Source: Octopus bimaculoides (Eukaryota). From it: a stretch of DNA of 43,648 bases. A program made the translations under genes and the position numbers. The notes beneath the pieces are model-generated. The model had not been told where the DNA came from. It was given only the letters and a program-made list of their open reading frames with translations, and did no database searches. Shown in pieces: positions 13,161 to 25,618 of the stretch. Numbering within the stretch: position 1 is the stretch's first letter; each line of letters opens with the position of its first letter. Location: positions 166,565,620 to 166,609,267 of the forward strand of contig NC_068982.1 in NCBI RefSeq assembly GCF_001194135.2. Direction: 5' to 3'.

Positions 13161-13501
13161 GTAGCACAAATTAACTCAATTTGATGCCAATAAAAACAAA
13201 CAGAATATGAGTTCTTTTTTTAACAAATGCTTATTGAATTATATCCAAAAGAGTCTTTAATTGATTAGATATTGTCTTGAAGGATAATCAGCTAATTCAT
13301 TCACCTTTGCAAAAGAGATTAACATTTGTTATATTAAATGATTTGCTCTTCATATTCTGATATTATAGGTCCTGTTTTGCTAAACCCAGTGAAGAGTGTA
13401 GCAATAGACGTATCATTTTTAGTACACAAAGTTGCCACCACAGACACAGCTACTAGTCTGGCACAGTTATAATCAAAGTGATAGTCATTTTTGATTTCAG
13501 T

Positions 13502-13715
13502 TTATCCCTTCAGCATATCAGGCCAAAATATTCTACCTGTTTTATGTTCAAACTAGCCAGATTCAGCCTATCACACTTACCCTTCAATGTCATTATAAAA
13601 TATACAATCACATCATCAAAATTTTGAAGCTACAAAATAATGCATGATTAATTAAAAACAATTTGAATGTAAAAGTATTACATTTGGCAGAATAATCTGA
13701 ATGCTAAAGGGTTAG
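13502..13715. mobile_element. piggyBac-like MITE
   Basis: Ends TTATCCCTTCAGCAT and ATGCTAAAGGGTTAG are imperfect inverted repeats, with CCC/GGG termini inside decayed TTAA sites. Confidence 0.55.
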
Positions 13716-14094
13716 AGCATATGCCCAAAGTCATTCATTTACACTACAGAAATAGATGAAATCAAGAGGTATTTTCAGGAATAAAAAAAATCTAGTTTTA
13801 GACGATAGTGACTTGATAGAACAGAAAATTATATAATAGTCAGTGAAAGTGAATTATTTAAAAGGTAGAAGTAGGAAGTATATGAGGTGACCACAGTAAA
13901 TGAGAGATGTTTGTTTGTGATGAATGAAAGGGGACGGGGCAAGAGAGATTGAATGGGGTGATCGGTAGTGGAAGTAAGAACTCACTGTATAATGTGAATT
14001 AAGCAAATTGTTTGTGGGTTTGGAGTTTTGGTTATGCAGGTGTGCACATGCACACACACTTACACACTATTGCATTTAACTCCATTATGATGGT

Positions 14095-14305
14095 TTTAAA
14101 TTTTGGCACAAAACTAGCAGTTTTTGAGGGGAGGGAGAAGTCAATTACATGGACTCAGTACTTGACTAGTATTTATTTTATTGATCCTGAAAGGATGAAA
14201 GGCAAAGTCAACCTCAGTTGAATTTGAACACAGTATGTAAAAACAGATGAAATGTCACTATGCATTTTTTATGGCAATGCTAATGATTCTTTCAACTCAT
14301 CACCT
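14095..14305 (-). mobile_element. SINE family A
   Basis: GATCCTGAAAGGATGAAAGGCAAAGTCAACCTCAGTTGAATTTGAAC is the reverse complement of the core. Confidence 0.8.
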
Positions 14306-14496
14306 TATTTAACTCTATTAGAATAAGTATTATGGGCATTTGTTACAAACTTTTAAAAGAAAAGTTGGGTATAAAATTCAGGACAAGTTGGGTATAAAAT
14401 TCAAGGTGTTGTTTTTTACTTAGTCAAATTGAAACAAGTGCATCTTGGACAATCTTATCTATGACAGAAAAGAAAGAAAAAAATATAGTTACACAC

Positions 14497-14580
14497 CATC
14501 TGTTTCTTCTTCAATATATACAGTTTGTCCAACAGTGAGGGGTAAAGTCCTATCTGCAGTGCCATGATAGCTGTAAATCA
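14497..14580 (-). CDS. DOCK1: DOCK-family coding exon 2: N-terminal half of the SH3 domain
   Basis: Minus strand: ttttctttttttgtttcAG | TG ATT TAC ... GAA ACA GAT G | GTgtgt. 84 nt, phase 1 at both ends, translating (V)IYSYHGTADRTLPLTVGQTVYIEEETD(G). Length and phases equal vertebrate DOCK1 exon 2 as recalled ([28 protein letters not shown]). Confidence 0.9.
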
Positions 14581-17550
14581 CTGAAACAAAAAAAGAAAAT
14601 GGAAAGAAAAGGAATATTAATAAGATTTAAAGGTATCACTGGGATCAAACAAATTATGCTATCAGATAATAATCTCTTTCTTCAAGCATTGTCATTGTCA
14701 TTATTAATAATAATGTATATCAGTGTTTATATCAAAGCACATAATTATCTCAACTCAAAGGGTCAAAAATTATTCTCTTTATGTATGATTTAATACAAAG
14801 AAATGTAAAAAAAAAAAAATCTTAAAACATATAATCAGCTCAGAATGATAATATCAATGTGATTCAACCAGAGGTTTTCTAAATATTCTGAACTTTACAT
14901 GGCAACATTTCTGACAGATTGTCTTCACATCCAATTTCTCTAGGATCGCACAGAAGAAAAAAAGAAAAAAGAAATTTCTATCATCTGTGCATTTGTTTCT
15001 TTACAAATGATTTAGATAAGAAGCTATGCAAAGGTTTCAGCTTCATTCCAAACATGTATACTTTATTCCAAATCCACTAATTCTATCTCCTTTCGGAACA
15101 CTTTTCAAGACAGAACTAGCAATAAGAATAAACCACATCATTTTAATCTTCAACTGACATTTCACATATGAAAATCCCTAGCTGATGAAGATTACTTTTG
15201 TCACTAAATCAAGGAGTAAAGGATAAGATTCAAGCTAATAGTCTCCTTCAATCCCTTCCTAAAGAAAATATCGGCATTCCTGCAGATGTTTTTCTCTAGA
15301 AAAGAAAACAGCAGCCGACTATGAATTCTAATGGGAAATGATCTTACAGAAAAATAAACTTGGTTTTGTCTTTCAGAAGAGAAAATAAGGGGAAAAAACA
15401 CATAATGAAGTTATGGATATCTCAATAAGATTAGGATGTGTTAAGTGTAGGTGACACTTCTAGTAAAGTTCAAAGGTCACCTAAGACATGAAGAATAACA
15501 ATGTTTTGAACACAATGTCACTATTTTACCAAATGTTATATCTAGAAATATTTTCTTCAATTATTTTTATCAACAGAAAACAATACAACAATTGTTTGAT
15601 ATCTCAAAATTGTATTACATATCCTAACATAAGACAATTAAATTTGCCTGGTCATATCAAATATCACTAGGATGTGAATATAAGAATAAACTGCTACAAT
15701 AGCAGTTTGAAGTCATGTTGATTCTGGCTGCTTTTCAGTATTTTACATATACTTTTTCCCAACACTAGCATGAAATATTTACATAGATATTCTTGCAGGA
15801 AATATGTTCCCCATATGGCTACTTTTGTTACTGTTACTCACAGCTGAAAAAAAACTCTGTGTCATATTTTCATCTGAAGGATCAATGGCTTTTATTTTTG
15901 TCAATAATAATGTGTTGTATTCATAATAAAAAGAAAAAAAAATTCCACTTTCCAGTCCAGTTCACTAAGTTGTGAGTAGACATTATGAAGTGTACAGCAT
16001 ACTGCTGCAAACAGTGGGAACACTGTGAAATTAACAACTGTTTTCAGAGCTGAGTTCAAAATCTATTTTATTTTAGACTTGATATAAAAGAATGATTAGT
16101 AAATTCTTAGATTTGCAAATTATTATTAATTCTTTCAAACTGGTGATGGGTGGTCTAGATGTTCAATAGTTATACAATCCTGTTAGCATATTCCAAAATT
16201 TCTCCTGAAAAATTGTATTAACCAACACCTATGTATAGTTTAAAACATGTAAGCTCTTGCAGAAACAAACTGTTCTACAGTCATCATTCATTTAATGCAT
16301 TCTCACAGAATAACAAACTAATGGTAGGTGGAGTTATATAAAACTAACATTGCCATTACTCATTTAATACTCAACCTATGCAATAACTGACTCTACACCT
16401 TTGTATATATTGAGCAATTTAATGCTTTTGTACAAAAGAAAACTTCATTGTGTGTGTAAGCACAAGTATAGAAACTTGAGCCAAACAAAGCCTTGTCAGA
16501 TGGTAAATGAAAAAATCATGAATTTGTGCTTTCCCAGATGTGTGAAATAGCGGATCCCTTAAAAATAGGTAAGAACATAAAATGCCTCAATAATATATTA
16601 ATCATACAAGCATGGAAAAATGGATGTAAAATGAGCAGATACAGCATTTCCTGCATGAATGCAAGACATGTAATGCAGACCTAAGATATATACATGAATG
16701 CAAAAAAAAAAAAACTTTTAATATAAAATCTTTTCATTTTTATGAAACAGCTGAAAAGAGGATCCAAACATGCTATATATATTCTACTTCAGTTAAATGG
16801 TTTTCATTTTTAAAATTGCATGTCCTAGCTTAAGTACCAAGAATCACTCCAGTTTCTGTGTGAGTGTGTTTGTGAGGGAGAGAGAGAGAAAGAGAGAGAG
16901 TGTGTGTGAGTGTATATATATGTGTGTGTGTATGTGTGAGTGTGAGAGAGCATCTTTACAAGTAGTACTCAATAGTAACATGACTGATACTTCTAAGTTT
17001 ACAACTGGGATTGGTTTTCAGAAAAAAGCTTTACAACATATACTGTGTGTCTGCATGGATGAATGTGTGTGCGTGTGTGGGTAATATATAAGAATATTAT
17101 TATCTGAATTTTTTTCCCTTGTAATGGCTCGATCAGAGGAGAAACTATCCTCATATTGGAGACCTACTTGCAACAAAGTGAATTCCACTAATGGTGTCCA
17201 AGAACCATATTGTGGTGTGAAACTGGCTGACATTTGCAGTGAAGCATTTATAAATAGAAACAGTGTCTCTGATAGGCTTCCATAGTTTCTGTTTATTAAA
17301 TTTTCTTCACTAGGCTTTGGCAAAAGTCAGCCAAGAGTATGCAGTAAGATCAAATGCAAAATCATACTATGACAAAGTAAACTTCTTAACTGTATGACCA
17401 TGACTGTCCATACTTTTATCCCCTGATGTCAATTTAGCAAACAGGTTTAGAAAAAGTAGTTAATATACAAAATACTTTTACCTTGTTATAGTACAATTTT
17501 TAATATTTTACTTTTCTCTGAGCAAGAAAAACTATTAGACAAATTAAGTT

Positions 17551-18212
17551 TCACATGACAATGAAACATGGGCTGTGACTACTGTGGATATGTGAAGGCT
17601 TGAAAGAGATGAAGCCAGTATGTTCTAATGAATGTGTAGTGTCAGTGTGCATATATGACAGACTGTAAGTGATTTGAGAGAAAAACTGGGCATACGTGGT
17701 ATCAGATGTAGCATGCAAAAGAGAAGACTGTGCTGTTACAGCCATGTAATGCATATGGATGAAGACAACTGCATCAAGAGGTGATGATCTCAAATTGTAG
17801 AGGGAACTTGTGGAAGGGGTAGACCTTAAAAGATGTGGGACAAAGTAATGAGAAAGAATCTACAGATGTTAGGGTGCACAGAGGGGATGGCAGGGGACTG
17901 AGCCTCCTGGTGGTTTACTGTATTTGAAAAGATACATGAAGCCAAGTAAAAGTATGGATGTTCTTGCATAGAGGCTGTCCCCTACATCCCTCTCTAGCTG
18001 AGCATTCCTAACCTTGCAGGCTCATGGGTGCTGGTGCTGCATAAAATCACCCAGTACACTTTGTAAAATGGTTGGCATTAGGAAGGATATCCAGCTGTAG
18101 AAATGATGCCAAAACAGACATGGAGCCTGGGCAGCTCTTAAGCTGGCCAGCTCTTGTCAAACCGTTCAACCCATGTCAGAATGGAAAACGGATGTTAAAT
18201 GATGATGATGAT
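17551..18212 (+). mobile_element. Older 5'-truncated RTE LINE (RT C-terminus, 3' UTR, (ATG)n tail)
   Basis: ETWAVTTVDM*RLERDEASMF**MCSVSVH..LREKLGIRGIRC..KRRL..HVMHMDEDNCIK..VEGTCGRGRP*KMWDKV is collinear with the ORF at 43133-43460. Tail at 18060-18212. Confidence 0.85.
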
Positions 18213-18364
18213 TGATTGAATGTTAAGTTAAAAAGAATTGATGTCTTCAACAGTTATTTCTTACCAACAAAGCTAACAAGACTTTAGAGTTGTTTGCATA
18301 TCTTCAAATATTGATACAAGACCCAATCCTTGTTGCAGTATGGTAGTTTGTGTGTTACAATAAA

Positions 18365-18830
18365 CTTGAGAGCCATGCCAGTGGAGAGCAAACCCCTGAT
18401 AGGGCTCCCATGTGAAGCAAATCAAAGGATAGAGGCTAGACTAATATGGACCGCTTCTTCCCAAAAGGAAAACTGAGTTTACATGGGCCAACACTCCTAG
18501 CTAGCTAAAGACAAAGTTACAGAAGCATCAATCACAATTCAAAACCAACAAAAACTGGGAGAGGAAGGCCTTCCCTTAGGGAAACATGACACGGTGCAGC
18601 AATATTTGAAAGGAAACCAACATCTTGCACTACACATAGGCTTTGACCTGGAATCCACAAGGGAGGCAGAAGAGAGGACTCCCTAAAATTGTTAGAATAC
18701 TGCAGCAGGATTGAAAAAGCAGGGATCTGACTGGAAAAAAGCAGAAAAAACAGCCCAGAGTCAAGAACAGTGGAGAAGGGTCATCAAAGAGTCCTTCATA
18801 GGGAGCAAAGTTCTTCAGTACATGTCAAGT
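18365..18830 (+). mobile_element. Internally deleted RTE element of a second (SR2-like) lineage: 5' leader joined to the ORF 3' end
   Basis: Leader GGGCCAACACTCC..AAAGTTACAGAAGC and ATG at 18586. Directly after come RKPTSCTT/ALTWNPQGRQKRGLPK/WKKAEKTAQSQEQWRRVI, a typical RTE C-terminus. Confidence 0.6.
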
Positions 18831-18944
18831 ACATAATAACATATGATATGTTATTAAAAAATAATAATTACAGATTCATGAGTGCTTTTAATGACTACTA
18901 GGATGTAGCCCTGATACACAGTCCCAGATTAAACAATATAAATA

Positions 18945-19140
18945 ACAATTTCTTACATAGGCATAAAACCATAAAATATTTGTGGGAGGGCATAATCAAC
19001 ATTAACTAGAACTTACTTTATCTACCCTAGGAGGATGAAAGACAGAGTAGACATCAATGGAATTTAACTCAGAATGCAGACAGATATAACTAAGTACAAC
19101 AAAGCATTATGTCTGGCACTCTACTGATTCTGCCATCCAC
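18945..19140 (-). mobile_element. SINE family A
   Basis: GGAGGATGAAAGACAGAGTAGAC..AATTTAACTCAGAATGC is a reverse-strand match to the core. Confidence 0.7.
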
Positions 19141-20240
19141 TAACTTAACAACAACAAAGTCAAACAAAAATCCATTTTAATTGAAACATAGTTGTTTCTA
19201 GGCATATAAGCCTCTAAAGGACAATTTATTCATGTATAAATGAGGGAAGAAAAAAGGAAGAAGTGGAGCAATGAGATTCCAATTCAGAGACCTGAACCAT
19301 TATGTAAGTCAATTATTCTTGGGTGTGTTTTATAGGAAATAAAAAGATACCAATATATAATATTCAGTACAAATTATATGAAATTACATGAAGAAAGTAT
19401 TATTAAATATTCCAGATATACTAATAGGTTTTCAACTTGCAACTTTGAAAGTCGCTGAAGAGAAAATATTTTTTTGTACACTATGAAATAGTTTGCAATA
19501 TTTAGAAATAAATATTAAAAGTCAAACAAACCAAAATTATGTTACAATGTTCATAAATTTTCTTAAATGTTGATTTTTAACAAACAGTAAGTAACATATA
19601 TAAAAGTAGTAGAGTTGAAGAGATTATATTGTATAAGATGAATACCACCAATCTATTAGGGCTGATTTTAACTGACTACATGCAGGTCTTTTTGTTGGGG
19701 GCTGATTGTGCCTAATAAAATAAAATAATTATTTCATAGTGCAATAAATTTCCTAAAAGAAAAGTCTCCTATTTAATAACAGAAGTTCCATATCTTTCTA
19801 TTAAGTATATGTATTTTGTGTATGTATGTGTATACACATGCATATAAATTTGTTTTTAATAAATTAATCAGTTATCCAAGGAGGAGAGGCAGTACTTCAC
19901 CTTTGTAGGCTGATGAGATTGATATAGATGATAAACTTGAACACCTCCAAATCAATGTCTGTAGGAGAATATTCCAGAAGATAGCAGAAAGGCTGTGAAG
20001 TGTTTTGTGTAGAGTTTGGGGAGATAAGGCACTAAGAGTGATAGGAGAAAGAAAGACAATTGGGTTAGATAAGATGTGGAAACAGTACACAGCTAGCTAG
20101 TTCTCTCTCTCCATGCCCACAATTTTTAAAGTTTAAGAATATTCTTGTAAATATATGATTTCTTCAGTTGTTAAATAATAATATTTAATTTTTTTTTTCT
20201 AAACCAAAATTTAATGAAAAACTATATATGTATATATATA

Positions 20241-21439
20241 TTGGGTTATCCCATAGATGATGCGGTTTTTTTCAATTGCATGAACTAAAATAGGAGGGGG
20301 ACAAGATAAATTAACTGCATCAACTTGCTATAAAAGCAGGTAGTAATTTTACCTTGAATGTATTCTTAGTGCAAGTTTTGAAGAGTGCAATTCGATTTTA
20401 ACAGTATTTTCCAAAGCTATAATGGAAGTGACAAAGGAGCATATTCGGCATATTTTGCTTTATGAGTTCAATAAACGCAACAATGTAACGGAAAGTGCAA
20501 GGAATATTAATGTCATATATGGGGATCGGACAATATGCATAAGCCAGTGTCAACAGTGGTTCCAGAAATTCTGAGCCGGAAACTGTAGCCTAGAAGACAA
20601 GCTTCATCCTGGAAGATCTGTAGAGCTTGATGAGAATGTCCTGCAAACCCTGGTGGAACAAAATCCCATCATAACCGTTGAGGAACTAGCAGAGAAGCTT
20701 GGATTTGGTCATTCAACCAATCATCAACACCTGTGTGCCATTGGAAAAGTCAGCAAATTGGGTTAATGGGTTCCTCACAAACTTTCCAAGTCTAATTGCA
20801 TGCAAAGAATGAACATGTGCTCTCCTTTGCTGTCACATCTCACAAATGAACCTTTTTTGGACTGAATAGTGACTGGTGATGAGAATTGGGTTCTCTATAA
20901 AAATGTCAAGTGTCAAAGACAGTGGGTAGGGAAAGGAGAAACACCAGCACCCCAGGCCAAAGGTCTTCACCCATATAAGGTGTTGTTATCTGTCTGCTGG
21001 GATATGAAAGGTTTAGTCCACTTTGAAGTTTTAAACCCAAACCAAATGATAACAAAGGAGATCTACTGTGAGCAGCTTGAGCAGCTTAAGTCAATGCTAG
21101 AAGAAAAACAACCATCTTTGGTTTCAAGGTTTTCTTCCATCAGCATAATGCTTTGCCACATACAGCGAGGATGACATTCCAAAGGCTAGAGCAGTTTCAA
21201 TGGGAAATGATGCCCCACCCACCATAGTCACTGGACACTGCCCCATCTGATTATCATTTATTTCACAGTCTTCAAAACAGAAAAAATATGAGGTCAGAAC
21301 AATACTGGAGAAGTATTTTTCATTATGGACAAGTGGATTTTGACTGCCAGATAGATGGATGTGCATTTTAGATTAAAAAAGAACTTTATCTTAATTTTGA
21401 AAAATAAAAAAAACCCACATTATTTATGGGATGACCCTA
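20241..21439 (+). mobile_element. Near full-length dead mariner (mellifera-subfamily-like) with both TIRs and TA target duplication
   Basis: TIRs TTGGGTTATCCCATAGATGATGCGGTTTTTT and reverse complement TAGGGTCATCCCATAAATAATGTGGGTTTTTT, TA on both sides. Transposase from ATG 20422: MEVTKEHIRHILLYEF..WVPH..VTGDENW..HQHNALPH..*SLDTAPSDY. Stops, a frameshift and D>H at the second catalytic Asp. Confidence 0.93.
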
Positions 21440-21639
21440 TATATATATATAAGAAACAAGTTTACAATAATAGTCCCAAGTTATGAAATAGTTATTACAG
21501 AAGATTAACATCACGTTGAGACTAGATATTTTACACATATTTAGATATATCTAATATCTATCTTTTGTGAAAATTGCAAGTGAATGGAATAAATATTTCC
21601 ATAAGTCATGAAAAAATAAACAAACAATCTTTCAAATTG

Positions 21640-22223
21640 CAGCGGCCAAAAGTTAAGAGTCACTTAGAGAAAATGAACTGCTAATCAAGGAATTTGTTGT
21701 TTAGAAGATTGTTAATGGGCTAACAGTTACTGTTTATGATCCTACATTATTGGCACATTCAACTGTCGACATGGCAGCTTGTGAGAGATGACCGATGTCC
21801 TGTGATGAAAAACATAGGATTGTGTGCCTTCACCAAGAGGGTAAGTCAAATTCTGTGATAGTGACTCATGTAGGAAGGTCTAAAAGTGTTGTGCAACAAA
21901 TTGTAGCTCATTTTAAGTCATCAGGATTGACAGACGCTAAACCCAAAACTGGTAGACCTTGTGAAACTTCACAAAGACAGGATCGTATTATGGTTAGAAT
22001 GTCACTGAAGGATAGGTTTAAGAGTGCTGCTGAGATATCCCGTGAGTTTAGCTCCACTTCCCATGTCAGCGTATCGTGCAAAATAGTTTCTCGGAGGTTA
22101 CGAGGTTCTGGGTTGCTTGCTCGGGCACCAGCAAAGAAACCTCTGATCTCCAAGAAGAATCAAAGAGCCCATCTTCATTTTGCTCACAAACATGTCATTT
22201 GGACAGAAGTATGGCAGACATAA
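21640..22223 (+). mobile_element. 5' half of a Tc1-like transposon (DNA-binding domain)
   Basis: TIR-like CAGCGGCCAAAAGTTAAGAGTCAC at 21640. ORF 21795-22223 has ..KTGRPCETSQRQDR..VSRRLRGSGL..KKPLISKKNQRAHLHFAHKHVIW. Truncated before the DDE domain. Confidence 0.88.
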
Positions 22224-22255
22224 AATGTGTGTGTGTGTATATCTAACTATCTAGC

Positions 22256-22258
<3 letters not shown>

Positions 22259-22327
<69 letters not shown>

Positions 22328-22446
22328 ATTGCTGCATTGGACATCTGCAATGGCTCCTTTACTGTCTCAGTTATAACCTTGGAGTCCTAGCAAACCATTA
22401 CACCACTTACCTAATCATTTAGATCACCTGTGAACTAAACCCCCAT

Positions 22447-22486
<40 letters not shown>

Positions 22487-22504
22487 TATATATATATATA
22501 TATC
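22259..22504. repeat. (AC)n/(AT)n at 22259-22327 and (TA)n at 22452-22504
   Basis: Visible directly. Confidence 0.9.
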
Positions 22505-23004
22505 CCAGTAAGATTGCTAATGGCTATCCTTAGTATAGAGGCTAGAACAATGGTTCAAAGTTCAAAAAATCAAATGGGAATTTCAATGGTTAATTAGCCC
22601 AAACAGCAAAACTAATATCTTTATTATGTATATACATCACAACAAGAATTTTTAACAAGAACAAAATGAAACCAAATTGCGTCAAATCAGTTGGTACCTT
22701 CAAATGTTAATCATACGCAAAAAAGAAACAACATAATAAATTATGACATACCGTGTATCAAACTTAAGGTGAAGGAACAACATAAACACAAATAACAAAC
22801 AATGACTGACTACATAAGAGGATGACCCAATGATATAATCAGATATGAAAAATCAATACTGTTCAACAAACACAAACAACTAAAAGTATAAAGACAAATA
22901 AGCAAAAGATGTAAGAATATACACTAAATAATTGCTATATATATTGCTGTCAATACATTATTTTTAAGATAGTGTGTTGGTAGGGGTAAAAGGGTAAAGA
23001 ACCC

Positions 23005-23322
23005 CCTCAATCATAAATGACCATGGGATTGCACATAGAAAGTTCCTCTCCAAGGCACAAGTCTGGGTAAGGTTGCTTATGGAAGACCAGCAGTTGCCCA
23101 TGCATACCAGCCTCCCCTCTCTACACCACTGATGTTATCCAAGGGAAAGACAAACGCTGATACAGCTTGGCACCAATGACATCCTAACTCATTTCTACAG
23201 TTGAGTGAACTGGAGCAATGTGAAATAAAGTATCTTTCTCAAGAACACAACACACAGCCTGGTTCGGGAATCGAACTCACTACCTCATGACTGTGAGCCT
23301 GACACTCTAACTACTGAGCAAT
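23005..23322 (-). mobile_element. tRNA-derived SINE family B, near full length
   Basis: Minus strand starts GCTCAGTAGTTAGAGTGT (A box) ... GAGTTCGATTCCC (B box), then TGTGTTGTGTTCTTGAGAAAGATACTT. Confidence 0.8.
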
Positions 23323-23781
23323 ATAAAATACGTAATGTTGCTAGTCTCTATATCCAGGAGTTCATTTACTGAATCTAGCTTGGTTTCATGCTTATTTATC
23401 TCATCTCTCCCTCCCACTATCTTTTCGTATTAGTGTGTTAGTATTAGCATAAAATGCATAATACAAAAAGATAGTGAGGAGGGAAGAGATAAGCAAGAAA
23501 GCAAGCTGGATTTAGTAAATGAACTCCTAGATAGAGAGAGCAGCAACAAAAACACACCTCCTTGGGTTTGGTTTTATTATTTTGTTGCCAAATTACACTG
23601 AACGAGAATTTTGCATTTTGGCTGAATACTCCTGAGAATAATTCGGAATCATGTTCTTTGGTATCATCATCATCACAATTATGTAGCTATAATAGAGTTA
23701 TGTATGTAATACTAAAAAACAAATCTCTCAAGTAGCAGAGTGCTGAACTAAATACTTTTATACTATTTCATCTCTCTAGAT

Positions 23782-24170
23782 CAGGCATGGGAAACCTTTT
23801 TCGAGAAGCAGGCTGCATGAAACATGGCTCTTATCTTTCCAGGGTTAAATGATATCAAGCATATACTGAAATCAATTCGATCACTTATATCCATCTTCTA
23901 TGAATTTGTGATGCATCAATGTAAGAAATCCATATTTCAAAGAGAACATTCATGCAAGATGTCTTGTTTCTGCAACACTACGTACCTCAGCAGACATCAG
24001 TTCTTACTTGACCATATTTCTGTTTTCTTTACCTTTCACCTTGCTCTGATTGGCATGTAGCAGTGCAGCAAATACAGAACAATTTTATACAAAACACAAC
24101 ACTTCAGGCAACTATCAGAATGAGATGAGAGAACTTTCACTTGATGGAGACAAGATGTGTTTGAAATAGC
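23782..24170 (-). mobile_element. hAT (Charlie/SPIN-like) 3' end with transposase C-terminal remnant
   Basis: End CAGGCATGGGAAACC is preceded by CTCTAGAT (NTCTAGAN target). The minus strand reads GT*CC..KTSCMNVL, like the STYxCEQxFSxM dimerisation motif. Confidence 0.55.
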
Positions 24171-24628
24171 AACCAAATCTTACAAAAACGACACCCTGTC
24201 ATCCTTAAAAAAGAACGACACATTGCCTCATGCACACACACACACACACAGACACACACACACATACAGCTTTAAAAAATATGATCAGAGCTGACTTGGG
24301 GTAAACAATTGCCATTGGAAAGATGATGCCCATTTTTACTTTTACAACAAATAACAATAAAAAAGAAAAAAAAGTCTGGATGCCACTCACATCAAACTCT
24401 TTTAATATATCCAATATACTTTAAAAAAAAAACACAACAAAAAGAACTATAATTGAAATAATAGAGTGATTGGCTGTTTGTAACTTAATCAGGGATGCAA
24501 ACAAGTGATACTGTTACCAACCTAGTCTTGCATTACCTTACATCAAAACAAACATTCATTAACTCAGGTATGGACTGTATACATAAGTTATTATGTAACA
24601 AAATTACTGTGTATTATTCTATCAGTCT

Positions 24629-24672
<44 letters not shown>

Positions 24673-24892
24673 ACTAGTGGAACAACCAGTAGATTATTTT
24701 ACAATAAGTGAAAGAACAGAAAATACTGTCTTTAAAAAACAAATGTTATGGTAAAGATATTAACAGGGAGTTTAGAAAGGGTAATTAGTTTAGGGATACC
24801 ATGGGAGAGGTAAATTAACATATCTATTATCACAAAGACATCAGCTTTGTCACAAATATAGAATCAGATTACATGAGGGATATAGTCTAGAC

Positions 24893-24960
24893 CAGAGATT
24901 CTCAATCTTTTTTGTCCCATGCCCCATTCAAGTTTCCAATAAAAACATGCCCCCCACCAA
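24893..24960. mobile_element. Isolated hAT-Charlie-type terminus
   Basis: GTCTAGAC (24885-24892) then CAGAGATTCTCAATC, like CAGTGGTTCTCAACC ends. Confidence 0.4.
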
Positions 24961-25618
24961 GAAAGTATATAACACAGATATATATTCAAAATATTGTGAG
25001 TTTTATTCACTTGTAACTTACTTACACCACTTTCTGAAGTTCAAAGTTAATTTATTAAGAATATTTTCTAAATGACATAGAAGCTAGAAATCATTCAAAG
25101 AATTCCAAAAGTACTTTTAAAAATTATGACTTTCACTCTACCCACACCTTCCATCATGATGCTTGTGTAACGAAAGATGGCATTAGATTTGTTCATATTC
25201 AATTTATTTCCTATTATCATCATTCTTTACTACTAGCCATCACCCACTCTATTAACATCTGCCACTTTGGATTACAATCATTCATCTGTACTGCTATCCA
25301 CCACTTATTACCTCAAATCATCCTTATTGCTATGCTTTAATTCTTTACTTTCTCATTTTCTTTTTCTCTCTCCCTCCCTCTGTCTGTTTTTCATACACAT
25401 AACTCTCACCTTTATCACTCTTTGTTGGCATACATCTCTTTCCCTCACTTCCATTACTCTCGCTTTCATTATTCTGTTTCACCCCTATCACAGCACACAT
25501 GCTGTTTTCCTATTCAATTTCCTTATCAACAACCAACATATATCTGCCTCTCTCTTTCATTACTTCATCCCTCAGCAATCTCTCTTTTCTAGAACTCTGC
25601 CATAATACTCATATTCTT

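Noticed and set aside
19460-19510. CTGAAGAG..GAAA as a hammerhead ribozyme core (also CCTGAAGATG at ~10337)
   Set aside because: Stems II and III do not pair by hand.
25140-25610. Long purine/pyrimidine-skewed tracts (also 5480-5760, 19880-20090, 41900-42050) with hydrophobic ORFs
   Set aside because: Low-complexity composition explains the ORFs; no defined repeat unit.
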